Assembly: GCA_963718665.1 (NCBI GenBank)
Contig: OY970359.1
Coordinates: 512,001 to 576,000 of the forward strand
Source: an uncultured Phycisphaerales bacterium
GTDB taxonomy: Bacteria; Planctomycetota; Phycisphaerae; Sedimentisphaerales; Anaerobacaceae
Reading direction: 5' to 3'
DNA: 64,000 nucleotides
The position numbers were made by a program, and so were the translations under genes. The notes under the pieces are model-generated. The model did not search any database and was not told the DNA's origin. It saw nothing but the letters and a program-made list of their open reading frames with translations. How positions within the stretch are numbered: position 1 is the first letter of the stretch; every line of letters begins with the position of its first letter. Shown here piece by piece: positions 41,101 through 49,312 of the stretch.

Positions 41101-42173
41101 AAATTAATTACGCGTCCTGCGGTATCGGTAATTTGAGTGAGGTTATTCTTAGCGTTATAACTAAATGAAATAACGTTGCTATTGCGGTCTTTTATTTGCG
41201 TAAGCTTCCCGGAAAGATCAAAAATATATTGTTTACCATCTTTCTTGCGCCAGCTATAGTTAGTCGAGGCCTTGGTTAAGGTGGAATATTCACCTCGCTG
41301 GGCAGTATATGTGCCGTCTAAATTATCAGCAAATAAATAACCCTTTGCCTGCTCATCTTTTATTTTGACGAAATTAGCGTCGCCAAAACCATCATCCATT
41401 TCTAAATAAACATTATAACTATGCGTCCATCCAAAACCCAAAGGCTCTTCCGTTTCTTCCTGACTGTTATACGTGCGGACAAATTCAAATTTCAGGCCCC
41501 GCCCGGGTATAGTTAAGTCGGGGGTGATAACATACATATTGCCGGTTACGGAGTTTATAGGGTCGCCGACGGACGGATTTGGGGATTCCCCATTCGTGGC
41601 ATCAATAGGAGGATCTGGCGGCTCCGGCGAAGGTGTTGGAAAGTGTATCATCGTGATTGTAAATACACCAGCATTTTGCCCTATGAATGTTGCATACGAA
41701 TTAAGCTCCGTGTCTGTATCACTTGATGAGTAATTATCCTGAAAAGTACCTGATATTGTCTTATTTAAAACTGTGCCGACAAAATTACTAACTTCTGTGG
41801 CCGTTCCGCTCCCTTCCGAATCATTGTAATTGCTGGTATATGTGGTTGTAAAAGTTATCGAATTACCAGTTACCTTCCCTGTTAAAGTTGCACTCGTCGT
41901 TCCAGAACTATCGCTAGTATTAGAACCGCCGCTGAGAGTCCCATCGGGAGCTTGGTTTATCGTAAAATTATCATTAGGAAAATCAGGAAACGCAACATCA
42001 CGACTACTTGTATTCTGAGTTCCATCGGAAAGTGTCAATGTGACAGTTTCTGTCAGGTTTATGGTGGAAGGCGTAATAGTTGTATCCCAAACTCCCGATA
42101 CATCCGCATTCGTGGCAAAGGCAAAATTACTATTGCATAAGCAAAACAAAACTACTAATAAAATCCTTCTCAT
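38193..42173 (-). CDS. Secreted Rhs/YD-repeat protein with variable C-terminal domain
   Basis: Signal peptide, GDPINSVTGN...RTYNS...FGWTH (DUF6531-like), many YD repeats, ARYYDPEVGRFITQDP, NPVNEIDPLGL. Confidence 0.93.
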   Translation of the reverse strand: MRRILLVVLFCLCNSNFAFATNADVSGVWDTTITPSTINLTETVTLTLSDGTQNTSSRDVAFPDFPNDNFTINQAPDGTLSGGSNTSDSSGTTSATLTGKVTGNSITFTTTYTSNYNDSEGSGTATEVSNFVGTVLNKTISGTFQDNYSSSDTDTELNSYATFIGQNAGVFTITMIHFPTPSPEPPDPPIDATNGESPNPSVGDPINSVTGNMYVITPDLTIPGRGLKFEFVRTYNSQEETEEPLGFGWTHSYNVYLEMDDGFGDANFVKIKDEQAKGYLFADNLDGTYTAQRGEYSTLTKASTNYSWRKKDGKQYIFDLSGKLTQIKDRNSNVISFSYNAKNNLTQITDTAGRVINLSYNDSNQLTQITDPVGRNYDYTYDSSGNLASVIDPKGNSTTYQYDSNHKLTRKTNPRGDSVYFTFDNSGRCTSSTGEGNNNYTSLSFDTADSVTTITDSRGNQTVHYYNSDYLITKVVNPQGGQILSTWDSNLNLTSRTDELGRTTSMEYDAKGNLTGVTDPKGNLTSFNYEANFNLLQTFTDAQGNITTNTYDKYGNLTKTVDALAGSVSYKYNIYGQPISATNQLGKKTLFGYDSQGNLSLKSDAAKGITLFTYDGVGNLTQVKDAKNNITNFDYDELNKLTQVTYPDGSSVSYAYDEAGNRISVTDANANTTYYTYDQDHRVTSTTDASGHVINYAYDTEGNLISVTDQNNNRTSYEYDSLNRLISRTDALGNEVQYQYDAAGNRIASVDAKGQTTTYQYDNLNRLIEIIYPDSEVSYAYDSLGRRISMTDAQGTTGYAYDKLGRLIKVDGPAANDNVSYAYDKAGNRLTLTDPDGKITKYKYDALNRLISLTDSQKKVTSYTYDKLGNLVKLAYPNKINAVYTYDSMNRLTKLTQQQAKRPFTKLAEFSYIYDIRGLRTSVTTLDGEIDYTYDAKGELTEERKTSAADSYQISYAYDPAGNRTQMIKDGITHNYSYNALNQLTDEQITGEEQIIYTYDKNGNLVEKQQGDETANLTYDSRNHLVQFTSTDVSETYGYDGEGKRISVESGSSTTNYLYEGLNVILERNAAGTTTASYLRNPYAAGGIGGIISEQSASQYYHYDGLGSVVNLTDSSGAIAQSYSYDAFGNIVAQTGSADNSHQFLTKELDASGLVYFGARYYDPEVGRFITQDPTGMSDGPNLYLYCLNNPVNEIDPLGLCTVGDWISDWLVREREQEEIDRIYWDSLTNGAYSRMERMTESILQALSYVYPSAVYTSQKDIDQYNELLTFRDQPLVKADSVGPQDSISENDLDRLQLSIPITPLDPIDVFREIRRINDPTMWGPP

Positions 42174-42845
42174 TTCACCACCTTGTTTTTGTATCGCTTC
42201 TTGTTAAACGACTGATTATGCAACCAATCTTTCTAATCGCATCATTGTAATATATCAAAATCTTCCTCGGATTACAATAATCCCGGGTTTCAAGACCTCA
42301 AAGGCAAGATTTATCAGCCGGAGGCGGGGAAATGTTAAGATGGGCAATTTAATCAAACGTTTGTTTGAGAAACTGGACGAACGCTGCCCCCCGCCGTTTT
42401 GATTCTCAAAACGAGACGCGGGGGTCTTCGCTGCGCTACGAAAAAAAAATCCGGTGATTTTCAAATATTTTTTTTATTCCTTGTCCTGCAAGGACTTACT
42501 GATTTTGGGCAAAAAAATCGTGTTTTGTAAGTCCTTAAAATTGCCTAAAATTCACCTTATATATAGAGGCACATAAGTGCACAAGAACACAGGTGCACAA
42601 GGAAAAAGGCAAGAGGCAGCGGAGACCCGCAAGGTAGCAAGCCCCGGGAGGGCAAGTTTCACGCCAAGATAGGCAAGGCACAACTGATATTAAAAATCAA
42701 AAAGTAAAAGGCAAAAAGACAACGCAAAATTCAAAAAGGTAGCGCAGAAGCGCACGCATTTCGGGGCAGCAGTCCCAAGAGAACATTCCGTTTTTTGATT
42801 TATGATTGCCGAAGCGCTTCGCTACGTGTCTGATTTAATAATAAC

Positions 42846-42872
42846 GTGGATTCCCGCTTGCGCGGGAATGAC
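42846..42872. repeat. GTCATTCCnGCG..GCnGGAATCCA palindrome (dRS3/RPE-like)
   Basis: Related copies at 28391-28417, 37274-37299 and 62334-62390 (interrupted). Confidence 0.8.
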
Positions 42873-42979
42873 AAATTAAAACCCTGCCACTCGCCAAAGG
42901 CGGAGATGGCAGGGCTAACTATGGAAGCTGGGCCCCAGATCGTAGTCTGGGGTCTTCGCAAAGCTACGAGGAGAGGATT

Positions 42980-43588
42980 ATGACTACTATCCAAATCAAA
43001 GTTCCAAACTGGTTAGACCTTGCTTTCGTTTGGCCGGTTTTGCTTTATCGACAATGGAAATACGGCTATTCGTTTCGGAAGATTTTTATAGGCGAAGGGA
43101 GATTCGCGATTGTCGAGCCGACGGATTACTACCGGCTAAATAATTTTCACTGGTGCATAAGCGTAAGCAGGAGAAATATCTATGCCGTTCGGCTCGTGCT
43201 GACAGATAACTGGCAGTTGAAAAAGGTGCGAATGCACAGGGAGATAATGAACGCGCCTGACGGGCTTCTGGTGGACCATAAAAACGGCAAAACCCTTGAT
43301 AACAGAAGATCGAACCTGCGATTAGCTACACATTCTCAGAACATGTGCAACAAGCCAAAAACAAGCACAAAGAGCACGTCGCGGTTCAGAGGGGTTTATT
43401 TGGATAAACGCAAAGGAAGGTGGGTTGCCAAAATCCAAATCAACAGAAAATGTATATGGCTTGGGTATTTCGACAATGAAATCGACGCGGCAAAGGCATA
43501 CGATACGGCGGCGAAAATGTATCACGGGGAATTTGCCCACCTGAACTTCCCGGAACCACAGATTACACAGATTTCACGGATTATTTAA
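42980..43588 (+). CDS. HNH endonuclease with C-terminal AP2 DNA-binding domain
   Basis: VDHKNGKTLDNRRSNLRLAT; SRFRGVY...WLGYFDNEIDAAKAYD...GEFAHLN. Confidence 0.92.
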   Translation: MTTIQIKVPNWLDLAFVWPVLLYRQWKYGYSFRKIFIGEGRFAIVEPTDYYRLNNFHWCISVSRRNIYAVRLVLTDNWQLKKVRMHREIMNAPDGLLVDHKNGKTLDNRRSNLRLATHSQNMCNKPKTSTKSTSRFRGVYLDKRKGRWVAKIQINRKCIWLGYFDNEIDAAKAYDTAAKMYHGEFAHLNFPEPQITQISRII

Positions 43589-43695
43589 CCACGGAAGCGG
43601 AAACTTTCAAGATAAAGAAAATAGGGTCAAAAGGCCGAAGAAACTGATATAACCGCGAATTTCTCAGCCGGAGCAGATACGGAAGGAATGAGATT

Positions 43696-44421
43696 ATGGA
43701 AAATCAAACTAAAAACGCAGCCATTGCGGAACAGACCGTGGACAGCAAGCAATGCCAGACGTTCAATCCGAAAGCGACGCTGCTTTTGGACGTGCCGCCA
43801 ACAGAAGCCGGGAAAACCACTGTTGAGCCGATGAAAAAAACGCCATCGAGCACGCCCGAAGAATCTTCTGAAAAATTATTGCAGGGACTTTCGCTGAATA
43901 CGGAGGCCTCGGCAGAAAAAACGCCTCTCGCACAAAGGAGATGGCAGCTTGTATCACTGCTGACGGGAATACTTTTTGTTACGGCTGCCGCGATAGTTGT
44001 GTGGCTGGCTCTGGAGGTAAGCGCAACGAGAACGCAGCAAGGCCGGCTGGAAGTCGAGAACCAGTCGCTGCGGGAGCAGTTGAATCTTGCCGGCTCGCAG
44101 ATAACAGGATTGAAAAATGAGATGGAGGCGCTGCTCAATCGCAACACAGCGCCGGTGACGGGAAACGCGAAATTAAATTCGCATGGCATTACGCCCATCG
44201 CTGCCGCGTCCTCTAAATCGGCTTCGGCTGACACAAGCCGAATAGACGCAATGCGGAAAGGAACATATTCCAAGGGGGCAACAAGAGAGGAGCTTATAGC
44301 GGCAATGGGGGAACCGGACCGCGTTTATAATTCTCGCGGATATGAGCAATTGGTTTACTTCGGCAAAAAACCCGGCCGTTTCTGGTTAACCGGCGGACAC
44401 GTGGCCCAGGTCGGCGGATAA
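43696..44421 (+). CDS. Bitopic membrane protein with coiled coil and C-terminal SmpA/BamE-like motif
   Basis: Single TM helix, heptad stretch, KGATREELIAAMGEPD. Confidence 0.6.
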   Translation: MENQTKNAAIAEQTVDSKQCQTFNPKATLLLDVPPTEAGKTTVEPMKKTPSSTPEESSEKLLQGLSLNTEASAEKTPLAQRRWQLVSLLTGILFVTAAAIVVWLALEVSATRTQQGRLEVENQSLREQLNLAGSQITGLKNEMEALLNRNTAPVTGNAKLNSHGITPIAAASSKSASADTSRIDAMRKGTYSKGATREELIAAMGEPDRVYNSRGYEQLVYFGKKPGRFWLTGGHVAQVGG

Positions 44422-44453
44422 AAAACAGAAGACGCTCAAGTCATCAGAGGCGA

Positions 44454-45809
44454 TTAGAGGTTATATTCTTTTATTTTACGGTAGAGGGTGCGCTCGCCGA
44501 TACCTAAGAGTTTCGCGGCGGTCTGACGGTTATTGCCCGTTTTGGCAAGCATGTCGATAATCGCCTGTTTTTCTATTTCATTCAGCGGCATATCGCCTGA
44601 GGATTTCGACTGGCCCCCCGTGAGCTGGCGGATGCGATTGATTTCGGGAGGCAAATCCTGAACATCCAGCTTGTTACGGTCGGACATAACAACCATAGTT
44701 CTGATTGTGTTGCGAAGCTGGCGGATATTGCCGGGCCACTCGTAGCCGGCGAAGATATTCATTACAGAGTCAATTATACCAGCAACCTTCGAGCCGGTTT
44801 CACCTGCTGCTTCCTTGAGGAAGAAGTTGGCCAGCAGCGGAATATCCTCGCGGCGTTCGCGTAAAGGCGGAACCGAAACACTGACGCCCTTGATTCTGAA
44901 GTAAAGGTCCTGCCGGAATTTTTTCTCCTCGACTAATCCGGTGAGGTCATGGTTTGTCGCGCTTATGATTCGCACATCGACAACAATCGGCTTATTGCCC
45001 CCGACGGGGACAACAATGCCGTCCTCAATAACACGCAATAATTTCGCCTGCATATTGAGGGGCATATCACCTATTTCATCGAGAAACAGCGTGCCCTTGT
45101 CCGCGATTTCAAAAAGCCCCTTGCGGTCAATAGCAGCGCCGGTAAACGCGCCTTTGACATGGCCGAAGAGTTCGCTTTCGAGAAGTGTCTCGGTGAAGCC
45201 CGCGCAATTTATGGGCACAAATCGCCTGTTCCAGCGGTTCGAATTGTCGTGAATAGCCCTCGCCAGCAATTCTTTGCCTGTTCCGGATTCGCCCTGGATA
45301 AGAACAGCGATATTCGTCGGCGCCACCCTGCGAAGAACCTCAAATATGCTTATCATCCGGGGACTGTTTCCCAAGACGCCCTCGAATCTGAAATCCTCAT
45401 CAGGAGCACGGCTCTGGGCATTGGCGTGTTTTTTGCGGACTATCAGTGAAGCGGCCTGCTCGACGAGCGAACGAAGCTGGTCGATATTAATCGGTTTGAC
45501 CAAGTAATCATAAGCGCCGTGTCTTATCGCGTCTTTGCAGGTTTCGATGGTCGCGTATGCGGTGATGAGGATGACTTCCGTCTGGCTGTTTTTTTTCGCT
45601 TCCTGCAGTATATCAAGGCCGTCGATATCGCCGCCGAGCTTCAAATCGGTAACTACAACGTCGATATCCTGGCTTCGTATGATTTCGAGCGCGTCCCGGC
45701 CCGTATAAACGGGGATTGCCTTATCGCAGCATTTACGCAGCGCCTCAGCCATACCGTCGGCGTGGTCTCTCTCGTCATCAACAACAAGGACAACGGCGTC
45801 TTTAATCAT
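44454..45809 (-). CDS. Sigma54-dependent response regulator (NtrC family)
   Basis: REC domain, GESGTGKE, ESELFGHVKGAFTGA, WPGNIRQL, Fis HTH. Confidence 0.95.
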   Translation of the reverse strand: MIKDAVVLVVDDERDHADGMAEALRKCCDKAIPVYTGRDALEIIRSQDIDVVVTDLKLGGDIDGLDILQEAKKNSQTEVILITAYATIETCKDAIRHGAYDYLVKPINIDQLRSLVEQAASLIVRKKHANAQSRAPDEDFRFEGVLGNSPRMISIFEVLRRVAPTNIAVLIQGESGTGKELLARAIHDNSNRWNRRFVPINCAGFTETLLESELFGHVKGAFTGAAIDRKGLFEIADKGTLFLDEIGDMPLNMQAKLLRVIEDGIVVPVGGNKPIVVDVRIISATNHDLTGLVEEKKFRQDLYFRIKGVSVSVPPLRERREDIPLLANFFLKEAAGETGSKVAGIIDSVMNIFAGYEWPGNIRQLRNTIRTMVVMSDRNKLDVQDLPPEINRIRQLTGGQSKSSGDMPLNEIEKQAIIDMLAKTGNNRQTAAKLLGIGERTLYRKIKEYNL

Positions 45810-46576
45810 CGCACGTCCTCCGAAGGGGCGAGCAGCAGCCTGATTGTGAAAGCCGTCCCTTTCCCCGGCTCACTGACGACAGTGATTGTCCCCTTGTGGG
45901 CGTCGATAATTTTTTTAACGGTAGCAAGACCCAGACCTGTGCCGTCGGGCCTTGAGGATTGATACGGCTCGAACAAATGGCTAAGCCGTTCGGCAGGAAT
46001 CCCTTTGCCGGTGTCGCTAATCTGAATTTGGGCGTATTGCCCATCGCTGACCGTCTGCACCATAACTTCGCCTTCGCCGCCGATGGCCTGCTGAGCGTTT
46101 ATAAGCAGGTTGAGAACCGCCTGTTTGAGCATACCGGCGTCTATAAGACAAATCAGCGGTTCTTTATGAAGGCACTTTCGCAAAGTTATTGAATGCACGG
46201 CTGCCTGCGGGAGATAAAAATCGATTATGTCGTCGATGACCGGATTCAGGTCAGCCGCCAAAAGACGCGGCTGTGTGCGGTCCGCGTAACGGAGAAAACT
46301 ATCGAGGATTTGTTCGAGCCGGGACGCTTCCTTATCGATTACGGCCAATTTTCTGCGTGCCCGCGCCAGACGCTGTTCAATATCGCCCGCCGGGCCTGTC
46401 TGGAGCTCTTCATCCACCAGCCGAAGATTCACTTTGATGGTTGACAGAGGGTTTTTTATTTCGTGGGCGATAACGCCAAGCAACCGGCCTAATCCTTCGA
46501 CTTCGCTCAGGGTAAACCCTTCGGTTTTAGCGCCGCAGCTATTAACCGACTCAGATTGTTCAGGTGAATTCTTCAT
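45806..46576 (-). CDS. Sensor-less histidine kinase (HisKA + HATPase)
   Basis: AHEIKNPL, NLLINA, DTGKGI, GTGLGL. Confidence 0.9.
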   Translation of the reverse strand: MKNSPEQSESVNSCGAKTEGFTLSEVEGLGRLLGVIAHEIKNPLSTIKVNLRLVDEELQTGPAGDIEQRLARARRKLAVIDKEASRLEQILDSFLRYADRTQPRLLAADLNPVIDDIIDFYLPQAAVHSITLRKCLHKEPLICLIDAGMLKQAVLNLLINAQQAIGGEGEVMVQTVSDGQYAQIQISDTGKGIPAERLSHLFEPYQSSRPDGTGLGLATVKKIIDAHKGTITVVSEPGKGTAFTIRLLLAPSEDVR

Positions 46577-46891
46577 GAAACGGTAATTTTAACCGTATCT
46601 CCGCCGCAATTCAAGTAATGAAAACACGGTTTAACCTGCTGCGAAGACGGGTAAATGGCTGATATCCGGCACAAAACAACCGGGGTAAAAATAAAAACGA
46701 GGAAGAACGGCGTTAATCTCGCTTCCGCCGCCCTTCCTCATATGTCTTCGTTTAAGGAGGAGAGTGATGATTTCTTTTTTTCTGATATTTATACGAGGGT
46801 CTGTTTAGATGGTTCGCAAAATCCTAAAAAAATATTAAAAAATTAATCACAAAAACCACAGTTAAAAAACAACTGTTTATATGAACAAGGG

Positions 46892-48094
46892 TCATTTTTT
46901 AATCGTTTTGATTCCGAGGTGGCGGTCGGCAAAGTTAAGAAATTGCTGCCAGTCATAATCGGTCAGATTGTGAGTGCCTTTGCGAATATGATAGCCAATA
47001 GTGACGCCAACGGGGGTTTCGAGGGGAGGCATATCTTCTACCCCGAGGCCTTTTTTGCCAAATAGCTGATAGACCGGCTCGGCGTATTTAGCGGAGAGGA
47101 ACGAGCCGCGAGGGTCACCCCAGAGGTCCTGTTCAGCGGTCGCGATATACACAGGACGAGGAGCCATCAGGGCGACGAGCATGTGCCAGTCAACGGGAAG
47201 GTCATTGACGCGGCTGTTATAGGTTTTGAAATTTTGGCAGAACCAGTGCGGCGCGTAACCATTTATTGATTTTACGGTTTCGCCGAAGCCGCGACGTACG
47301 ATGACCGCCCCGCCGCAGCCGGATTCTCCGGAGAAAACGATTGCAAAGCGTTCATCCTGAGCGCCCGCCCACATTGCTACCTTGCCGTATCGTGAAAGGC
47401 CGGCAACACAAACCCTGTTGGCGTCAATGTCTTTATCGGTAACGATGTAATCCATTGCCCTGCTCAAGCCCCAGGCCCAGGCACCGATAGCGCCCCATTC
47501 GTCGGGGCCGGGCTGGTTCTGGTCGGGTTTGGCAAAATACTTGCGAATACTTTTAATGTAACCATTCTTATCATCCGGCTCTATCTGCGCGGCATTAAAG
47601 GTCGCCAGACCATAGCCGTGGTCCAGAAGCAACTGCTTTTTAGGAGCCCATTCCACAATAGCGATTAATGGAACGGGTTTTTTAGCAGCACTCGCGGGCA
47701 AAACGATATTCACATCCATTTTCGGCCCGCCGGCTTTGCCCGTGAAATATATTGTTACTGTTTTGGTAATGGCGAGACCATTCATATCGGAGCGGTTTTC
47801 CGCAGTAACTTTCCATGTCATACCAGCCGGCCTGCCAATCATCGTGCGGCCATACACATTGGTTTCGAACAATTTGAGGATTTCCGGCCTGCGTTTTTGT
47901 TTCCATGTATCGACGTCATTAACCTTGTCGCCATTGAGCATAACCAGCGGGTCCGGCAGGGTGAACTTAGGGACGTTCCCCTCATCGTATAATCCCGGCG
48001 GGTAACCGGGCGGGAGCGCCGCCGCTAAAACTAAATTAGAGAATAACGCGAAAAGCGAATATACAGCGATTTTTATAAGGAACGACAATTTCAT
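46892..48094 (-). CDS. Secreted CE15-family glucuronoyl/acetylxylan esterase
   Basis: LPDPL, GAIGAWAWGLSR, GLSRYGK, ESGCGG, LPVDWH, APRP. Confidence 0.85.
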   Translation of the reverse strand: MKLSFLIKIAVYSLFALFSNLVLAAALPPGYPPGLYDEGNVPKFTLPDPLVMLNGDKVNDVDTWKQKRRPEILKLFETNVYGRTMIGRPAGMTWKVTAENRSDMNGLAITKTVTIYFTGKAGGPKMDVNIVLPASAAKKPVPLIAIVEWAPKKQLLLDHGYGLATFNAAQIEPDDKNGYIKSIRKYFAKPDQNQPGPDEWGAIGAWAWGLSRAMDYIVTDKDIDANRVCVAGLSRYGKVAMWAGAQDERFAIVFSGESGCGGAVIVRRGFGETVKSINGYAPHWFCQNFKTYNSRVNDLPVDWHMLVALMAPRPVYIATAEQDLWGDPRGSFLSAKYAEPVYQLFGKKGLGVEDMPPLETPVGVTIGYHIRKGTHNLTDYDWQQFLNFADRHLGIKTIKK

Positions 48095-48273
48095 AATTCG
48101 ACTCCTTTCAGGCAATGCACCCATGAAGATAAGATTATTTCGCTAATCCTTCAATAGTATTTGTCTTAATTGCTATTTTACCTATGAATAACAGGTCACG
48201 GCAACAAGTAAACTTTAAGTGAGAAAACAAAAGTGGCGAAAATGAACAGCCGAGTATAATATATGGGTATTAT

Positions 48274-48360
48274 GGAGCAGTGGCTGAGCGGCTGAAAGCG
48301 ACGGTCTTGAAAACCGTTATACCGTTTACGGTATCGGGGGTTCGAATCCCTCCTGCTCCG
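48274..48360 (+). tRNA. tRNA-Ser (TGA)
   Basis: GGAGCAG/CTGCTCC acceptor stem, ACGGT-CTTGAAA-ACCGT anticodon arm, long variable arm, GTTCGAATC; CCA not encoded. Confidence 0.96.
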
Positions 48361-48377
48361 TTACCTTTCTGCCATAT

Positions 48378-48413
48378 CGTCTTGAAGGCATTAAAACCAA
48401 TGCCTTCAAGACG
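48378..48413. repeat. 15-bp perfect inverted repeat just inside the island left end
   Basis: CGTCTTGAAGGCATT-N6-AATGCCTTCAAGACG. Confidence 0.8.
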
Positions 48414-48841
48414 TTCAAGGCTGTTTGAAAGCACTATTAAGATTTTACAGGAAACAAATCCCCCCAAAGACAATTCAGACACTTAATCTAACCGGTTTGT
48501 GCCTTGGCCTTATAGAATGTTAAAGCTTTTCCCCCGACACTGTGAACTGATTAAGACTTAATGGTCTTGCGTTTAGTCTGCCCCGCTTTCTTGGACATCA
48601 ACTGCAACCAAAGTATCTCCGCGAGTCGTCGGGCCGCCTCTTTTAACATTCGATCCTGGTTGGAATAGATTTGTTTTTCAAGCCGATTATGAGCCATGAC
48701 AATATTTTTCTTGTTTGTTTTCCTTTCAGCTTATCACGCTAGAGATATGTGCCAAGGGGGGAAAATTGACTACTTTAGCAAAAACGCCCTGGGTAGTTTT
48801 TAATATTTATAAACTTTTTATCCACCTATCGAAATAATCTA

Positions 48842-48871
48842 TTGACAAATGCAACTCTGTTGCATTATCAT
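48842..48871 (+). promoter_or_regulatory. Promoter with overlapping Zur/Fur box
   Basis: TTGACA-N18-TATCAT with palindrome AATGCAAC-TCT-GTTGCATT (48848-48866) filling the spacer. Confidence 0.75.
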
Positions 48872-48877
48872 AAAGAC

Positions 48878-49312
48878 ATGAATAGTTTAGAAAATACCTT
48901 ATTGCAATTGAAAAACAAGGGATACAGATTTAGCTTTGTGCGTAATTTTATTTTGAGTTCGCTTGATAGAAACAAGAGACCTCTTTCGGTTTCTAATTTT
49001 CAAAAACTGGCTAAGGCAAAAAAGTTGTCTGCGAACAAGACCACAATATACCGCGAACTCAACTCCCTAAAGAAAGAAGGAATAATTTTAGAGATGCAAC
49101 TAAGAGACAATAAAAGGTGGTACGAATTAGCCGTAAGAGAGCATCACCACCATATTGTCTGTATAAAATGCGATAAAGTGGAAGATTTTACCGGATGTGA
49201 TTCTAAAAAACTAATAAATAAAGCATTAACACAAGCACCCGATTTCGCAGAAATCACAAATCACACGGTTGATTTTTGGGGGTTGTGCAAAACGTGCGCT
49301 AAAAAAACATGA
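48878..49312 (+). CDS. zur: Fur-family zinc uptake regulator
   Basis: TTIYREL, HHHHIVCIKC, GLCKTC; heads a znu operon. Confidence 0.85.
   Translation: MNSLENTLLQLKNKGYRFSFVRNFILSSLDRNKRPLSVSNFQKLAKAKKLSANKTTIYRELNSLKKEGIILEMQLRDNKRWYELAVREHHHHIVCIKCDKVEDFTGCDSKKLINKALTQAPDFAEITNHTVDFWGLCKTCAKKT

Noticed and set aside
46708..46790. Sigma54 promoter (GG-N10-GC) with an RBS near the two-component genes
   Set aside because: Poor match to TGGCAC-N5-TTGC, and only a 13-codon ORF follows.
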